Shown here in pieces: positions 1-15,054 of a DNA stretch of 64,000 nucleotides; within the stretch, counting starts at the first letter, position 1; each line of letters opens with the position of its first letter. Origin of the DNA: Candidatus Nezhaarchaeota archaeon (lineage in GTDB: Archaea > Thermoproteota > Methanomethylicia > Nezhaarchaeales > WYZ-LMO8); NCBI GenBank assembly GCA_030055465.1, contig JASFYF010000001.1, positions 830,581 to 894,580 of the forward strand. Reading direction: 5' to 3'. The translations under genes were made by a program, and so were the position numbers. Under the pieces are notes generated by a model. The model did no database searches and was not told the origin of the DNA. It saw only the letters and a list, made by a program, of their open reading frames with translations.

Positions 1-2
1 TG

Positions 3-677
3 TTCCCGGGGAGGCCCACGGGAACCCTGAGCGAGCGGGTGGCGCACGCCGTCTCAAGGGCCCTAAGGGAATTCGACGTCGACTACTTGGTGGACTTCCA
101 CGGCGGGGGATACTGCTGCGAGTCAACTCCCCACGGAGCTGCGGTCGACGTGGGGGACAGCAGGGCCTTGGCGGGAGCTGTGGAGCTCGCCAAGTACATG
201 GGCTTCAGGTACTTGGCCGTGCTGAGGAGAGCTGAGCTGGAGGAGGAGCTGAGGCTTAAGGCCACGCTGGACTCCTCAGCTATGAGGATGGGCATACCCT
301 CAATCATAGCTGACTTCGGCTCCTGGGGGTACCAGCTCGGCTACGTGAAGGAGGCCGTTGGAGGCCTGCTCAACGTGCTCAGGCACTTGGGGGCGCTGCA
401 GGGCGAGGCCGAAGAGCACGGGGATCCCATAATCGTCGAGAGGGTGTGGGTGAGGACAAACAGCGGAGGCATGTTCTACCCGAGGGCTAAGCTGCTCAGC
501 CAAGTTGACGAGGGAGACCTGCTGGGCGTCGTCGTAAACCCGTTCTTCGAGGTGGTTGAAGAGGTTAAAGCCCCATGCAGTGGGGTTGTGCTCTTGATGC
601 GCAATTACCCGCCAACGCTCTCGGGCGAGGAAGCAGCAATGATAGGGCGAAGGGCTGAAGCCCAAACCTCAAGTTAA
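3..677 (+). CDS. succinylglutamate desuccinylase/aspartoacylase (AstE/AspA)-family deacylase, C-terminal part; 5' end lies outside the window
   Basis: The frame is open from the window edge (FPGRPTGTLSERVAHA precedes the listed ORF 39..677). The layout resembles AstE/AspA zinc deacylases from memory, with no decisive motif seen. Confidence 0.4.
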   Translation, partial: FPGRPTGTLSERVAHAVSRALREFDVDYLVDFHGGGYCCESTPHGAAVDVGDSRALAGAVELAKYMGFRYLAVLRRAELEEELRLKATLDSSAMRMGIPSIIADFGSWGYQLGYVKEAVGGLLNVLRHLGALQGEAEEHGDPIIVERVWVRTNSGGMFYPRAKLLSQVDEGDLLGVVVNPFFEVVEEVKAPCSGVVLLMRNYPPTLSGEEAAMIGRRAEAQTSS

Positions 678-978
678 ACATCGATTCATAAGCTCGAAGG
701 CGTGGGGCGCATCTTCCACCTCTCAGCCTTTCAGGTTAAAATCCCTCCCAGTTTTACTTTCTTGTAAACCGCGCTGTCCCTTTAAAGGCCTTTGGGATAA
801 AACCACAACGAGCGCGAGCGAGACCCAGCAGAGTAGTGCTGGCTTTAGCGCTGCCCATTTAGGCTATATAAGTCCGCTTGGCGGAGCTGGGCGGGGCGTC
901 GGCGCGCCATTTTGATAGCTAAAAGTTTTTTTAGCCCTCGCTTCTAGAGTGAAGACACCAAAATCGTGGTGTAGCGTC

Positions 979-3183
979 ATGGTGAAGTTCAAGCAGACAG
1001 AGGAAATACTGAAGATGATGAGGAGCCGAGAGCAGGTGCGTAACATAGGCACGCTGGCGCACGTTGATCACGGGAAGACGACGCTCAGCGACAGCCTGCT
1101 GCTGGCCGCCGGCATGATATCGCCCAAGGTTGCCGGCAAGGCCCTCGCCCTCGACTATGTCGAGATAGAGCAGATGAGGCAGATGACTGTCAAAGCAGCC
1201 AACGTTTCGCTGTACCACGAGTGGAACGGCAGGCCATACCTCATCAACCTGGTGGACACGCCGGGTCACGTTGACTTCACTGGCCACGTCACCCGCAGCC
1301 TGAGGGTCATGGACGGCGGGGTCGTCGTCGTCGACGCCGTTGAAGGCGTCATGACCCAGACCGAAACTGTTCTCAGGCAGGCCATGGAGGAGCGCGTTAG
1401 GCCCCTCCTCTACATAAACAAGGTTGACCGCCTCATCAGGGAGCTGAAGCTCAGCGCAAGCGAGGTTCAGCAGAGGTTCGTCGACATAATCCGGGACTTC
1501 AACGCCTTAGTGGACCTCTACGGTGAACCCGAATTCAAGGATAAGTGGAAGGTGGACCCGGCTAAGGGCCAGGTGGCCTTCGGGGCGGCCCTCCACAAGT
1601 GGGGGTTAACAATACCCCTAGTCCAGAAGAAGGGAGTCAGGTTCAGCTACATCGTCGACGCCTACGAGAAGGGATACCACGATAAGCTGGCGGAGGAGTT
1701 CCCCCTCTACGAGGCCATACTCGACATGGTCGTCGAGCACGTGCCCAACCCTGTTGAGGCCCAGAAGTACCGAATCCCGAAGATATGGCGCGGCGACCTC
1801 AACAGCCCGGTGGGCAAAGCCATGATGGAGTGCGACGTGGACGGCCCCCTCGTCATATGCGTTAACAAGGTCGTCGCGGACCCGCACGCTGGCTTGGTTG
1901 CCACCGGCAGGGTTTTCAGCGGCACGGTTGAGGAGGGCCGCGAGGTCTACTTGATGATGGGCAGGACGTCGGAGAGGATAAGCCAGGTGGGCCTCTACAT
2001 GGGTCCATACCGGGAGGTCTGCGAGAGGATCGCAGCCGGAAACATAGCCGCCATGCTTGGTTTGGAGCATGCCAGGGCCGGCGAGACGGTCATCGACCCG
2101 TCCCTGAAGGGCGTGATGGTACCGTTCGAGCGCCTCAGGTACATAAGCGAGCCGGTAGTCACGATAGCGATTGAACCCAAGAAGAGCAGCGACCTGCCCA
2201 AGCTTGTGGAGGCGCTCAGGAAGATGGCCATCGAGGATCCAACGCTTCACGTTAAGATAAACCAGGAGACCGGCGAGTACCTGATCTCCGGGATGGGTCA
2301 GCTGCACCTCGAAATAGCCTTGTGGGACCTGAAGCAGAGGACGAGCATAGACGTTTCGACCACGCCCCCCATAGTCGTCTACCGCGAAAGCGTCAGGAAG
2401 ACTGTGGGGCCCTTCGAGGGCAAATCGCCCAACAAGCACAACAGGGTTTACATAGTGGTTGAACCGCTCAACGAGGATACCCTGCGCCTCCTCGAGGTCG
2501 GGCGCGTCTACGAGGACCAGGACTGGCGGGATCGAGCCAAAATCCTGAGGGAGGAGGCTGGATGGGACACCGACGAGGCGCGCGGCATATGGGCCATAGA
2601 CGAGTTCATGAACGTGTTCGTGGACGCAACCAAGGGAGTCCAGTACCTGAGGGACATAAAGGACACCTTGATATCAGGCTTCAGGTGGTCCCTTGCGGAG
2701 GGGCCCCTATGCCACGAGCCATGCCGTGGAGTGAAGGTTAAGCTCGTCGACGCAATGGTCCACGAGGACCCGGCTCACAGGGGCCCAGCGCAGATAATGC
2801 CAGCCCTTCGAGACGCAATATTCGCCGGCTTCCTCTCGGCTAGGCCAACCCTGCTTGAGCCCGTGCTGAAGATAGAGGCCAAGTGCCCATCCGAGTACGT
2901 GTCCGGCTTAACGAGGATTTTGGCCACCCATCGCGGCAAGGTGTCGAGCCTCGAAGGCCAGGAGACCATGATGTACCTTAAAGGCGAGATACCGGTCTCG
3001 GAGACCTTCAACCTGGCCAACGAGATCAGGAGCGCCACGGCCGGCCGCGCCTTCTGGGCTACGGAGTTCAAGGGCTGGCAGCCCGTCCCAGAATCCATGC
3101 TTCAAGAGCTGGTGTTGAGGATACGCGAGAGGAAGGGGTTGCCGAAGGAGATCCCGAAGCCCGAGGACTACATGCCCATGTAA
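979..3183 (+). CDS. fusA: translation elongation factor aEF-2
   Basis: Has the G-domain AHVDHGKTT, DTPGHVDF and NKVDR motifs and the diphthamide-site HEDPAHRG. ATG 979 (MVKFKQTEEIL) is more plausible than the GTG at 949. Confidence 0.97.
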   Translation: MVKFKQTEEILKMMRSREQVRNIGTLAHVDHGKTTLSDSLLLAAGMISPKVAGKALALDYVEIEQMRQMTVKAANVSLYHEWNGRPYLINLVDTPGHVDFTGHVTRSLRVMDGGVVVVDAVEGVMTQTETVLRQAMEERVRPLLYINKVDRLIRELKLSASEVQQRFVDIIRDFNALVDLYGEPEFKDKWKVDPAKGQVAFGAALHKWGLTIPLVQKKGVRFSYIVDAYEKGYHDKLAEEFPLYEAILDMVVEHVPNPVEAQKYRIPKIWRGDLNSPVGKAMMECDVDGPLVICVNKVVADPHAGLVATGRVFSGTVEEGREVYLMMGRTSERISQVGLYMGPYREVCERIAAGNIAAMLGLEHARAGETVIDPSLKGVMVPFERLRYISEPVVTIAIEPKKSSDLPKLVEALRKMAIEDPTLHVKINQETGEYLISGMGQLHLEIALWDLKQRTSIDVSTTPPIVVYRESVRKTVGPFEGKSPNKHNRVYIVVEPLNEDTLRLLEVGRVYEDQDWRDRAKILREEAGWDTDEARGIWAIDEFMNVFVDATKGVQYLRDIKDTLISGFRWSLAEGPLCHEPCRGVKVKLVDAMVHEDPAHRGPAQIMPALRDAIFAGFLSARPTLLEPVLKIEAKCPSEYVSGLTRILATHRGKVSSLEGQETMMYLKGEIPVSETFNLANEIRSATAGRAFWATEFKGWQPVPESMLQELVLRIRERKGLPKEIPKPEDYMPM

Positions 3184-3249
3184 CCTTCATCCCAAGTTTT
3201 TGTGGGGTTGCAGCACCTTAAACTCGGCTTGTCCGCGCGGGGCGACATC

Positions 3250-4029
3250 ATGGAGGAGTTCACGGTTGAGGTGGTCAGCGTCGGGAACGAGCTTCTCACG
3301 GGCCGCGTTGTGAACACCAACGCCTCCTGGCTCGCAGACAGGATCACCAGGCTCGGCGGCTTGGTGAAGAGGGTTACGGCCGTGGGCGACGACGTCGAAG
3401 AGTGCAGCGCAGCATTAAAGGAGGCCCTCTCTCGCAAGCCAAAACTCCTAATCTTAACGGGAGGGCTGGGCCCCACATTCGATGATAGAACACTTGAAAG
3501 CCTATCTAAAGCCGTGGGATTGGAATTGGAGGTCAACCACGAAGCCCTCAGAATGGTTGAGGAGAAGTACTCAGGCGACTTGACGCCCCCCAGGTTTAAA
3601 ATGGCGCGCCTCCCAAGGGGGGGTAAGCCGCTTCACAACCCTGTAGGCACAGCCCCCGGCTGCGCGGTTGAAGCCGACGCCACCACCGTAATCGCCCTGC
3701 CCGGGGTCCCATCCGAGATGAAGGCCATGTTCGACCTGCACGTGGAGCCCCTGATCGCCGGGAGGGCTAGGGGGGCCTACACCTACAGGATAATCAAGGT
3801 TACTGGGATCGAGGAGTCCTCAATAGCGCCGATAGTCGATGAAGTCATGAAGATGGGCAGGGGCGTCTACGTTAAGTCCCACCCCAAGAGGGACGCCGGG
3901 TTCTACATAAACGTCGAGGTCTCAAGCAGGGCGCCCACAATCGAGGAAGCCAAGAGGAACGTGGACGAGGCTTGCAGGCTCCTCAGAGAGCTCGTGGCGA
4001 AGGCTGGGGCAAAAGCTGAAGACGCGTAG
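3250..4029 (+). CDS. CinA-like / MoCF-biosynthesis (MoaB-MogA fold) domain protein, COG1058-type
   Basis: Sequence VVSVGNELLTGRVVNTNASWLA...LILTGGLGPTFDDRT is typical of CinA N-terminal domains. Start taken at ATG 3250 (MEEF). Confidence 0.7.
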   Translation: MEEFTVEVVSVGNELLTGRVVNTNASWLADRITRLGGLVKRVTAVGDDVEECSAALKEALSRKPKLLILTGGLGPTFDDRTLESLSKAVGLELEVNHEALRMVEEKYSGDLTPPRFKMARLPRGGKPLHNPVGTAPGCAVEADATTVIALPGVPSEMKAMFDLHVEPLIAGRARGAYTYRIIKVTGIEESSIAPIVDEVMKMGRGVYVKSHPKRDAGFYINVEVSSRAPTIEEAKRNVDEACRLLRELVAKAGAKAEDA

Positions 4030-4046
4030 CGGGCTCCGAAGCGATC

Positions 4047-5153
4047 CTACCGGAGCAGCTTGGATAGCCTTCGCAGCGCAGCCAACTTCTCCCCGTGGTC
4101 GAGGCGGGCCTCCTCCACCGCCTGGGAGAGGAAGCTTATCGCCTCCTCCATCCTCTTCACGTCGACTGGGTGCGGCACCCCATCCTTCCCGCCGAAGGCA
4201 AACGCGTACTTGACCGGATCCCTCCAGCTCAGCTTCGCGCCGAAGATAAGCTCGGCGATGAGGGCCAGGCTCCTTATAGTTAGGGGCCCCATCCCCTCCA
4301 CGAGCAGTAGCTCCTCGAAGCTTGAGGCTCCAACTTCCAAGGCCCTCTCCAAGGCCTGCCAGTTCACGAACCTGGGTATGCGGTGCTCCTCAACCTCAAC
4401 GGTGCTCTGCCTGTCAATCCACAGGTCCAAGGGCCCCTTCAACTTAGAGAAGGCCTCGCGGAAAAGCCGTTTAGCCCTCTCCGGCCCCTCCACGGCTATG
4501 TCGACGCAAGCCCTCCTCGCCTCCCTGCTGTCCTTGTCCACGAGGTTTAACACGTTGCGGTGAACCGCGTCCCCGACTATGCCCTTATGGGGCTCCTCAA
4601 CGAAATCCCTCACGTCCAGCGACAGCCAGTGGAACCTTCTAGCGTACCCGCCATCAGCCCTCATGCCCTGCTGGACGACGCTCCAGGAGCCGTCCTCAGC
4701 TATGAAGAGGGTTTGATGGTAAAGGTTGTACCCCGCCTGAACAGCTGCCGTGTCAACCTTCGCTACGAGCCTGCTTACCCTGATGAGCGAGGGGGCTGCG
4801 CATTCAAACCCGTACAGCTCGCAGACGTACGGTACCTCCTGGACCGTAAGCCTCGAAGCCCTACCCTTACCTCCACAGGCCTTCACCCCCACGTCCACCC
4901 TCGAGAGGGCCTTCTTCAGCGCGGCGCACGTAACAGTTGTCGTGCCGCTGCTATCCCAATCGTAGCCCAACGCGCATGAAAGCGCCTGGAACCACAGCGG
5001 ATCCGAAATTCTTTCCAGCAGCCCCGTAGGTCCATGCTCGTCGGCCATCATTGAGATTATGGGCTCCGCAAGCCTAACCATCCTATCGTAAAGCCATCTG
5101 GGGGCCTTACCCTCGTGCAGCGGCAGATCAATAACGGCTTTTTTAACCATCAA
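4047..5153 (-). CDS. DUF763-family protein
   Basis: N-terminus DLPLHEGKAPRWLYDRMVRLA matches my memory of the DUF763/COG1415 signature. Function unknown. Confidence 0.55.
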   Translation of the reverse strand: MMVKKAVIDLPLHEGKAPRWLYDRMVRLAEPIISMMADEHGPTGLLERISDPLWFQALSCALGYDWDSSGTTTVTCAALKKALSRVDVGVKACGGKGRASRLTVQEVPYVCELYGFECAAPSLIRVSRLVAKVDTAAVQAGYNLYHQTLFIAEDGSWSVVQQGMRADGGYARRFHWLSLDVRDFVEEPHKGIVGDAVHRNVLNLVDKDSREARRACVDIAVEGPERAKRLFREAFSKLKGPLDLWIDRQSTVEVEEHRIPRFVNWQALERALEVGASSFEELLLVEGMGPLTIRSLALIAELIFGAKLSWRDPVKYAFAFGGKDGVPHPVDVKRMEEAISFLSQAVEEARLDHGEKLAALRRLSKLLR

Positions 5154-5302
5154 TAATACGTTGGGCTCGCCCAGCCTATTAAGGCTTTACAGCTGAAAGC
5201 CCCGCCGTCCATGGGTGGACTAGGAAGAGCTTCTCGCCGCAACGCCGTGCTTTGACCAGCCTTCAATATCGTTCCGGAGTGGCAAGCGTGGAGGGGAAGG
5301 GT

Positions 5303-5379
5303 TGGCGGGCCCGGCGGGATTTGAACCCGCGACCTTCGGGTTAAAAGCCCGCTGCTCTACCATGCTGAGCTACGGGCCC
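5303..5379 (-). tRNA. tRNA-Lys (anticodon UUU), CCA encoded
   Basis: Reverse complement gives a cloverleaf: acceptor GGGCCCG/CGGGCCC, anticodon loop CUUUUAA, T-arm GCGGGTTCAAATCCCGC, 3' GCCA. Confidence 0.9.
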
Positions 5380-5553
5380 TTAGCATAGTAAGGTTCAGCG
5401 GGCTGTTTTTAGGTGTTTCCCTCACCGTTGCCTAAGGTTCCTAGGTTCCTCTGATCCAGAGTAAAAGTTTATTTGTTGCTCTTGCAGTGTGTGGTTTTCG
5501 CTAACTGAAAGTTGTTGTTATGTGTATATGCGCTGGATTTTGGGGGTTAAAGG

Positions 5554-5790
5554 TTGAAAAAGTTCACGATTTTAGATCACGAGCTAGTCCCTAAGCACGT
5601 CCTCTTGACGAAGGAGGAGAAGAGGGAGCTGTTGGAGCGACTTGCGATAAGGCCTGATCAGCTTCCTTGGATAAGGGCGTCGGATCCCGTCGCCAAGCTG
5701 ATAGGCGCCAAGCCCGGTGACATAGTAAAAATAATAAGGAAGAGCCCAACAGCAGGCGAAAGCATAGCGTACAGGTTTGTGGTGCCCTAG
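5554..5790 (+). CDS. rpoH: DNA-directed RNA polymerase subunit H (Rpo5)
   Basis: 78 aa containing HELVPKH...[41 protein letters not shown], immediately upstream of rpoB. TTG start. Confidence 0.95.
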   Translation: MKKFTILDHELVPKHVLLTKEEKRELLERLAIRPDQLPWIRASDPVAKLIGAKPGDIVKIIRKSPTAGESIAYRFVVP

Positions 5791-5804
5791 AGGGGTGGTG
5801 GAGC

Positions 5805-8800
5805 ATCTTAACTGTTGAGGATCGGTGGGACCTCATCAAGTCCTACGTGAGGGAAAACGGCTTAACCAGGCAGCACATCGCCTCCTATAACGAGTTCGTC
5901 CTGCACGGCTTGCAGAAGACGATTTACGAGTTTGGTGGGCTTGAGGTAAAGGACGTCAAAATAAGGTTTGACAAGGTTCACATAGGTGCACCAATGATTA
6001 AGGAGGCCGACGGCTCCGAGAGGAGCATATTACCGATGGAGGCCAGGCTCAGAAACCTGAGCTATGCGGGCCCCCTCTACGTTACCATGACCAAGTACGT
6101 TAACGGTGTGCGCGAGAGCACATCAAAGGTTTTTGTGGGCTACTTCCCCATCATGGTTAGATCCGTCTTATGCCCGCTTTCGAAGATGGGCGACAACGAG
6201 CTCGTAATGAACGGCGAGGACCCCAAAGACCCGGGAGGCTACTTTATCATAAACGGCTCTGAGAGGGTCCTCATAACTCAGGAGGACCTCGCGAACAACC
6301 ACGTGCTGGTGGATGTGCTCAGCGGCAGCTCCAACGTCACCCACATCGCTAAGGTGTTGTCATCAGCCATGGGGCTTCGCATACCGACCTCGCTGGAGAG
6401 GTTGAGGGACGGCACGCTTCACGTGGTGATACCGTCGGTGGCCAGCAGGGTGCCCCTATTCATATTGATGCGTGCTTTAGGCCTCGAGAGCGACAAGCAG
6501 ATAGTCGAGGCGATAACGTGGGATCCGGATGTGGAGGTTGAGCTGCTGCCCTCAATTGAAGGCGCCAGCGAAGTGCAGACGGTTGAAGACGCACTAGACT
6601 ACATCGGCGGAAAGATAATGTTCGGCCAGCCGAGGCAGAGGAGAATCGAGAGGGCCGAATTGGTGCTCGACAAGTACTTCCTGCCCCATCTGGGCTTGAG
6701 GCCCGAAGACAGGGTTAAGAAGGCTTACTTCATCGGACAAATGACTGAAAAGCTGCTCGAACTGGTTTTGGGCAGGAGGAAGCCGGACGACAAGGACCAC
6801 TACGCGAATAAGAGGCTGAGGTTGGCAGGCGACCTCTTGGCAAGCCTCTTCAGGGTGATATTCAAGAGGTTCTGCCAGGACCTGCAGTACCAGCTTGAAA
6901 AGATGTGGGGTACCGGAAGGGCGATCCACATCGAAAACGTGGTGCGTGCCGACCTGATCACGGAGAGGCTGAGGCATGCCTTGGCGACCGGTAATTGGAC
7001 TGGGGGCAAGGTGGGGGTCAGCCAGCTCCTGGACAGGACAAACTACCTTTCCACGCTGAGCCATCTGAGGAGGGTTGTATCCCCCCTAAGCAGGAGCCAA
7101 CCCCATTTTGAGGCGCGAGACCTACACGCCACGCAGTGGGGTAGAATATGCCCAAACGAGTCGCCCGAAGGCCCAAACTGCGGGCTGGTTAAGAACCTCG
7201 CATTGATGGCTCGGATAACCGTCGGCGTAGATGAGGCTGAGGTGGAGGCCAGGCTCTACGATTTAGGCGTAATCCCAATAAGCAAGGCCAGGAAGGAGGA
7301 AAGACAAAAGCCGGAGCACGAGAGGGCGAGGAGGCCAAAGGTATTCCTCAACGGAAGGTTAATCGGGGTTCACGATGACCCGGGATCCTTGGTTAATTAC
7401 TTGAGGGAGGAGAGGAGGAAGGGAAAGATAAACCCGGAAGTCAACGTGGCGTACATGGAGACGGAGCACGTAAAGGAGGTCTACGTGAACTGCGATGCCG
7501 GTAGGCTCGTTAGGCCTCTAATAGTTGTTAGGAACGGCAAGCCCCTGATCACCCCAGAACACGTTGAAAAGCTGAGGCGGGGAGAGTGGACGTGGAGCAA
7601 CTTTATTGAGAATGGCCTGATAGAGTACCTTGATCCGATGGAGGAGGAGAACTCGTACATAGCAGTTAACCCAGAGGACGTTACAGGCGAGCACACGCAC
7701 CTAGAAATAATGCCGGCGGCAATACTTGGTGTGTGCGCCTCTATAATACCCTACGCGGAGCACAACCAATCGCCCAGAAACTCCTACGAGGCTGCGATGG
7801 CCAAGCAGGCCCTCGGATTCCCCTACACCAACATCCTTCTGAGGATGGATTCAAGAGGTCACCTATTGCATTACCCTCAGAGGCCCCTCTCTCAAACCAG
7901 CTTTCTGGACCTCATAGGCTATAACGACAGGCCAGCCGGCCAGAACATGGTTGTAGCGGTGCTGACGCTTACGGGTTACAACATAGAGGATGCCTTGATA
8001 TTTAACAAGGCCTCAGTTGATAGGGGGCTCGCGCGGTCCACATTCTTCAGGACTTATGAGGGTGAAGAGAAGAAGTACCCTGGAGGGGAGGAAGACAAGA
8101 TCGAGAGGCCGTCCCCCAACGTGAGGGGGTACAGGGCGGGTGAGGTCTACAGGCATCTAGGCGAGGACGGCATAGTCGAGGTGGAGGCCCAAGTGCACGG
8201 AGGAGACGTCCTGGTGGGGAGGACCAGCCCTCCCAGGTTTATGGGCGAGTATGGAGAGCTTGAAGCTCCAGGCAGGACGAGAAGGGAAACCTCCATAGAC
8301 ATGAGGCACGGGGAGGATGGAGTCGTCGACTCCGTTCTCATAACGGAGTCAAGCGAGGGGAACAGGCTCGTCAAGGTTAGGGTGAGGGATTTAAGGATAC
8401 CGGAGGTTGGAGACAAGTTCGCCTCTAGGCACGGGCAGAAGGGCGTCATAGGGCTACTCATCTCGCAGGAGGACCTACCCTTCACGGAGGATGGCGTAGT
8501 GCCCGACGTCATAATAAACCCGCACGCCTTTCCTTCAAGGATGACTGTGGGGCAGCTCCTAGAATCCATGGCTGGAAAACTGGCGGCGTTGAAGGGAGAG
8601 TTCGTGAACTCAACAACCTTCTACGGCGTTAAGGAGCCTGCGCTGAGAGAAGAGCTGAGGAGGCTCGGCTTCCATCCAAGCGGCTGCGAAGTGATGTATG
8701 ATGGTGTAACCGGCGAAATGTACAAGTCGCCCGTGTTCATAGGTATAGTGTACTACCAGAAGCTTCACCACATGGTTGCGGACAAGATGCACGCAAGGGC

Positions 8801-9112
8801 CAGGGGCCCTGTCCAGATACTTACAAGGCAACCCACGGAGGGCAGGGCAAGGGAAGGGGGTCTAAGGTTTGGAGAGATGGAGAGGGACTGCTTGGTCGCG
8901 CACGGAGCCGCGACGCTGCTCAAGGACAGGTTGCTGGAGGAATCCGATAGAACCTTAATCTACGTGTGCGAGAACTGCGGCGTGGTAGCCTACTACGACG
9001 CCATAAGTGACAAGTACAAATGTCCACTATGCGAGGAGAAGGCCAAGGTAGCCCAGGTTGCTCTCAGCTACGCGTTCAAGCTTCTCTTGCAAGAGCTCAT
9101 GAGCTTAGGCAT

Positions 9113-9137
<25 letters not shown>
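5805..9137 (+). CDS. rpoB: DNA-directed RNA polymerase subunit B (Rpo2), unsplit
   Basis: Full-length Rpo2 with a C-terminal Zn ribbon (CENCG...CPLC). The conserved N-terminus [13 protein letters not shown] is encoded upstream of the first canonical start (GTG 5847). The 5' end is therefore provisionally placed at ATC 5805; see finding. Confidence 0.93.
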
Positions 9138-13026
<3,889 letters not shown>

Positions 13027-13028
13027 AT

Positions 13029-13334
13029 ATGGTGGACTTCGAGAAGGAGCTCAGGGTTGCCCTGAGAACCGGAAAGGTGATTATGGGTGGAAACGAGGTG
13101 TTGAAGCTGGCGAGCGCGGGGAAGGGGAAGCTGCTGATATTGGCGTCGAACTGCCCTGAAAAACTGAAGAAAGAGGTGGAGTACTACGCGAGGCTATCTC
13201 ATATACCAATATACCACGCCCCCTATACTAGCAGGGAGCTGGGAGGAGCGTGTCAAAGGGGGCACATGATATCTTCGCTTGCAATACTGGATGAAGGCGA
13301 CTCCGAGATACTGAAAGTTATAGAGCCGTCTTAG
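13029..13334 (+). CDS. rpl30e: 50S ribosomal protein L30e
   Basis: 101 aa in the conserved position after rpoA2, with the pattern LRVALRTGKVIMG...LILASNCP. Confidence 0.9.
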   Translation: MVDFEKELRVALRTGKVIMGGNEVLKLASAGKGKLLILASNCPEKLKKEVEYYARLSHIPIYHAPYTSRELGGACQRGHMISSLAILDEGDSEILKVIEPS

Positions 13335-13342
13335 GTGATGGA

Positions 13343-13777
13343 ATGCCAAACATAAGGCTCTCCGATGAGGAGATGAGGTACATAACGCTCTTCGAGAGCA
13401 TAACGGGGGCCACAGCCAAGGACTGCATCATAGACGAGGACGGCAACCGAGTAATATTCTTGATCAAGCAAGGAGAAATGGGGATAGCTATAGGCAAAAA
13501 CGGCGTAAACATAAGGAGGGCCACCAAGCTTATAGGAAGACCGGTGGAGGTAGTCGAGGTAGCTGAGACCCCGGAGGAACTCATCAAAAACGCCCTGTTT
13601 CCGGCAAAGGTTCACGCGGTAAAGGTTAACAAGGATGCCTCAGGAAGGCTGATAGCAAACGTCGCCGTGGATCCCAAGGATAAGGGCTTAGCCATAGGCA
13701 AAGAGGGCTCCAAGATTCAGAGGGCGAGAATGCTGGCTAAGAGGTACTTCGACATCGACGCCGTTATAATAAGGTGA
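13343..13777 (+). CDS. nusA: NusA-like transcription termination factor (two KH domains)
   Basis: 144 aa with [14 protein letters not shown] and [16 protein letters not shown] motifs, in the conserved position before rps12. Confidence 0.9.
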   Translation: MPNIRLSDEEMRYITLFESITGATAKDCIIDEDGNRVIFLIKQGEMGIAIGKNGVNIRRATKLIGRPVEVVEVAETPEELIKNALFPAKVHAVKVNKDASGRLIANVAVDPKDKGLAIGKEGSKIQRARMLAKRYFDIDAVIIR

Positions 13778-13854
13778 CCCGCTCATTAGAGAAAAACAAA
13801 TATAGCGTGCCCCCTCTGTTTAACAAAATCAATTTGGCTGATCGGTGGAATAGA

Positions 13855-14295
13855 ATGGCTAAGAAATCGCCGAAGGGCTTGTTCGCGGCCAGGAAGCTCC
13901 TGCACAGGAGGAAGAAGTTCAGGTGGAGCCAGAAGGAGTACAAGAGGAGGGTTCTAAGGCTAGATGAAGAGGTTGACCCCCTTGAAGGGGCCCCCATGGC
14001 TCGAGGCATAGTTCTAGAAAAGGTGGGGATCGAAAGCAGACAGCCTAACTCGGCCGTAAGAAAGTGCGTGAGGGTGCAGCTTATAAAAAACGGCAAGCAG
14101 GTCACCGCGTTTGTGCCCGGCGACGGATCCCTCAACTACATAAACGAACACGATGAGGTCATAATAACCAGGATAGGTGGACCTCAAGGTAAATCCCTTG
14201 GCGATATACCGGGAGTCAAGTTTCAGGTCATAAAGGTTAATGGGGTAAGCCTTAACGCTATATTGTTGGGCAAGAAAACCAAACCCACGAGGTAG
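13855..14295 (+). CDS. rps12: 30S ribosomal protein S12 (uS12)
   Basis: Contains [15 protein letters not shown]...[22 protein letters not shown] 13855 is preferred over the upstream listed start. Confidence 0.95.
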   Translation: MAKKSPKGLFAARKLLHRRKKFRWSQKEYKRRVLRLDEEVDPLEGAPMARGIVLEKVGIESRQPNSAVRKCVRVQLIKNGKQVTAFVPGDGSLNYINEHDEVIITRIGGPQGKSLGDIPGVKFQVIKVNGVSLNAILLGKKTKPTR

Positions 14296-14300
14296 AGAAG

Positions 14301-14957
14301 TTGCCTAAGAGGAGAGCCGCTAAGCCTAAAGATAAAGAGAGAGGGGCCGCCGCGGAGGGTGGAGCCGCGGAAGCCGTTGCCGAGACCAAAAAGAAGGAAA
14401 TAGCGCTTTTCGGCAAGTGGAGCTTCCAGGACGTGGAGGTTAAGGACTGGGGACTCAAGCGATACATATGCTTAAAGCCTGTGTTCTTTCCGCACAGCGA
14501 GGGCAGACACGAACATAAGAGGTTCGGCAAGGCGAGCGTATCCGTGGTTGAAAGGTTAATAAATAACCTTATGAAGCCCGGGAGAAACGCGGGCAAAAAA
14601 TCCTTGGCTACAAACATAGTAAAAAACGCTTTCGAGATCATACATTTGAAGACTGGTAGGAACCCACTCCAGGTGCTCATCGAGGCCGTGGAGAGAGCTG
14701 CGCCCCGCGAAGAAACGACGAGGATAGCTTATGGTGGCATAGTCTACCATCAGTCAGTTGACGTTGCACCTCAGAGGAGAATAGATTTAGCTTTGAGGTG
14801 GTTAACCGAGGGTGCAAGGCAGGCCTCCTTCAATAATCCCAAGACAATTGATGAGTGCTTAGCTGATGAAGTTATTGCAGCAGCTCAAGGTGATCCGAAG
14901 AGCTACGCCATAGCCAAGAAAGACGAGGTAGAAAGGATAGCCATGGCATCCCGTTAA
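14301..14957 (+). CDS. rps7: 30S ribosomal protein S7 (uS7), with a ~30-aa Ala/Lys/Glu-rich N-terminal extension
   Basis: Core sequence [21 protein letters not shown]...[13 protein letters not shown] start. Confidence 0.93.
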   Translation: MPKRRAAKPKDKERGAAAEGGAAEAVAETKKKEIALFGKWSFQDVEVKDWGLKRYICLKPVFFPHSEGRHEHKRFGKASVSVVERLINNLMKPGRNAGKKSLATNIVKNAFEIIHLKTGRNPLQVLIEAVERAAPREETTRIAYGGIVYHQSVDVAPQRRIDLALRWLTEGARQASFNNPKTIDECLADEVIAAAQGDPKSYAIAKKDEVERIAMASR

Positions 14958-15054
14958 TCTGGCCAAGAAGAAGCCCTGTAGTGAAAAACTTATTAAAGAG
15001 AGGATGAAATTGGAGTTTTACGCTAAGCTGAAGAAATTGAGGGTGAGGTAGCAG

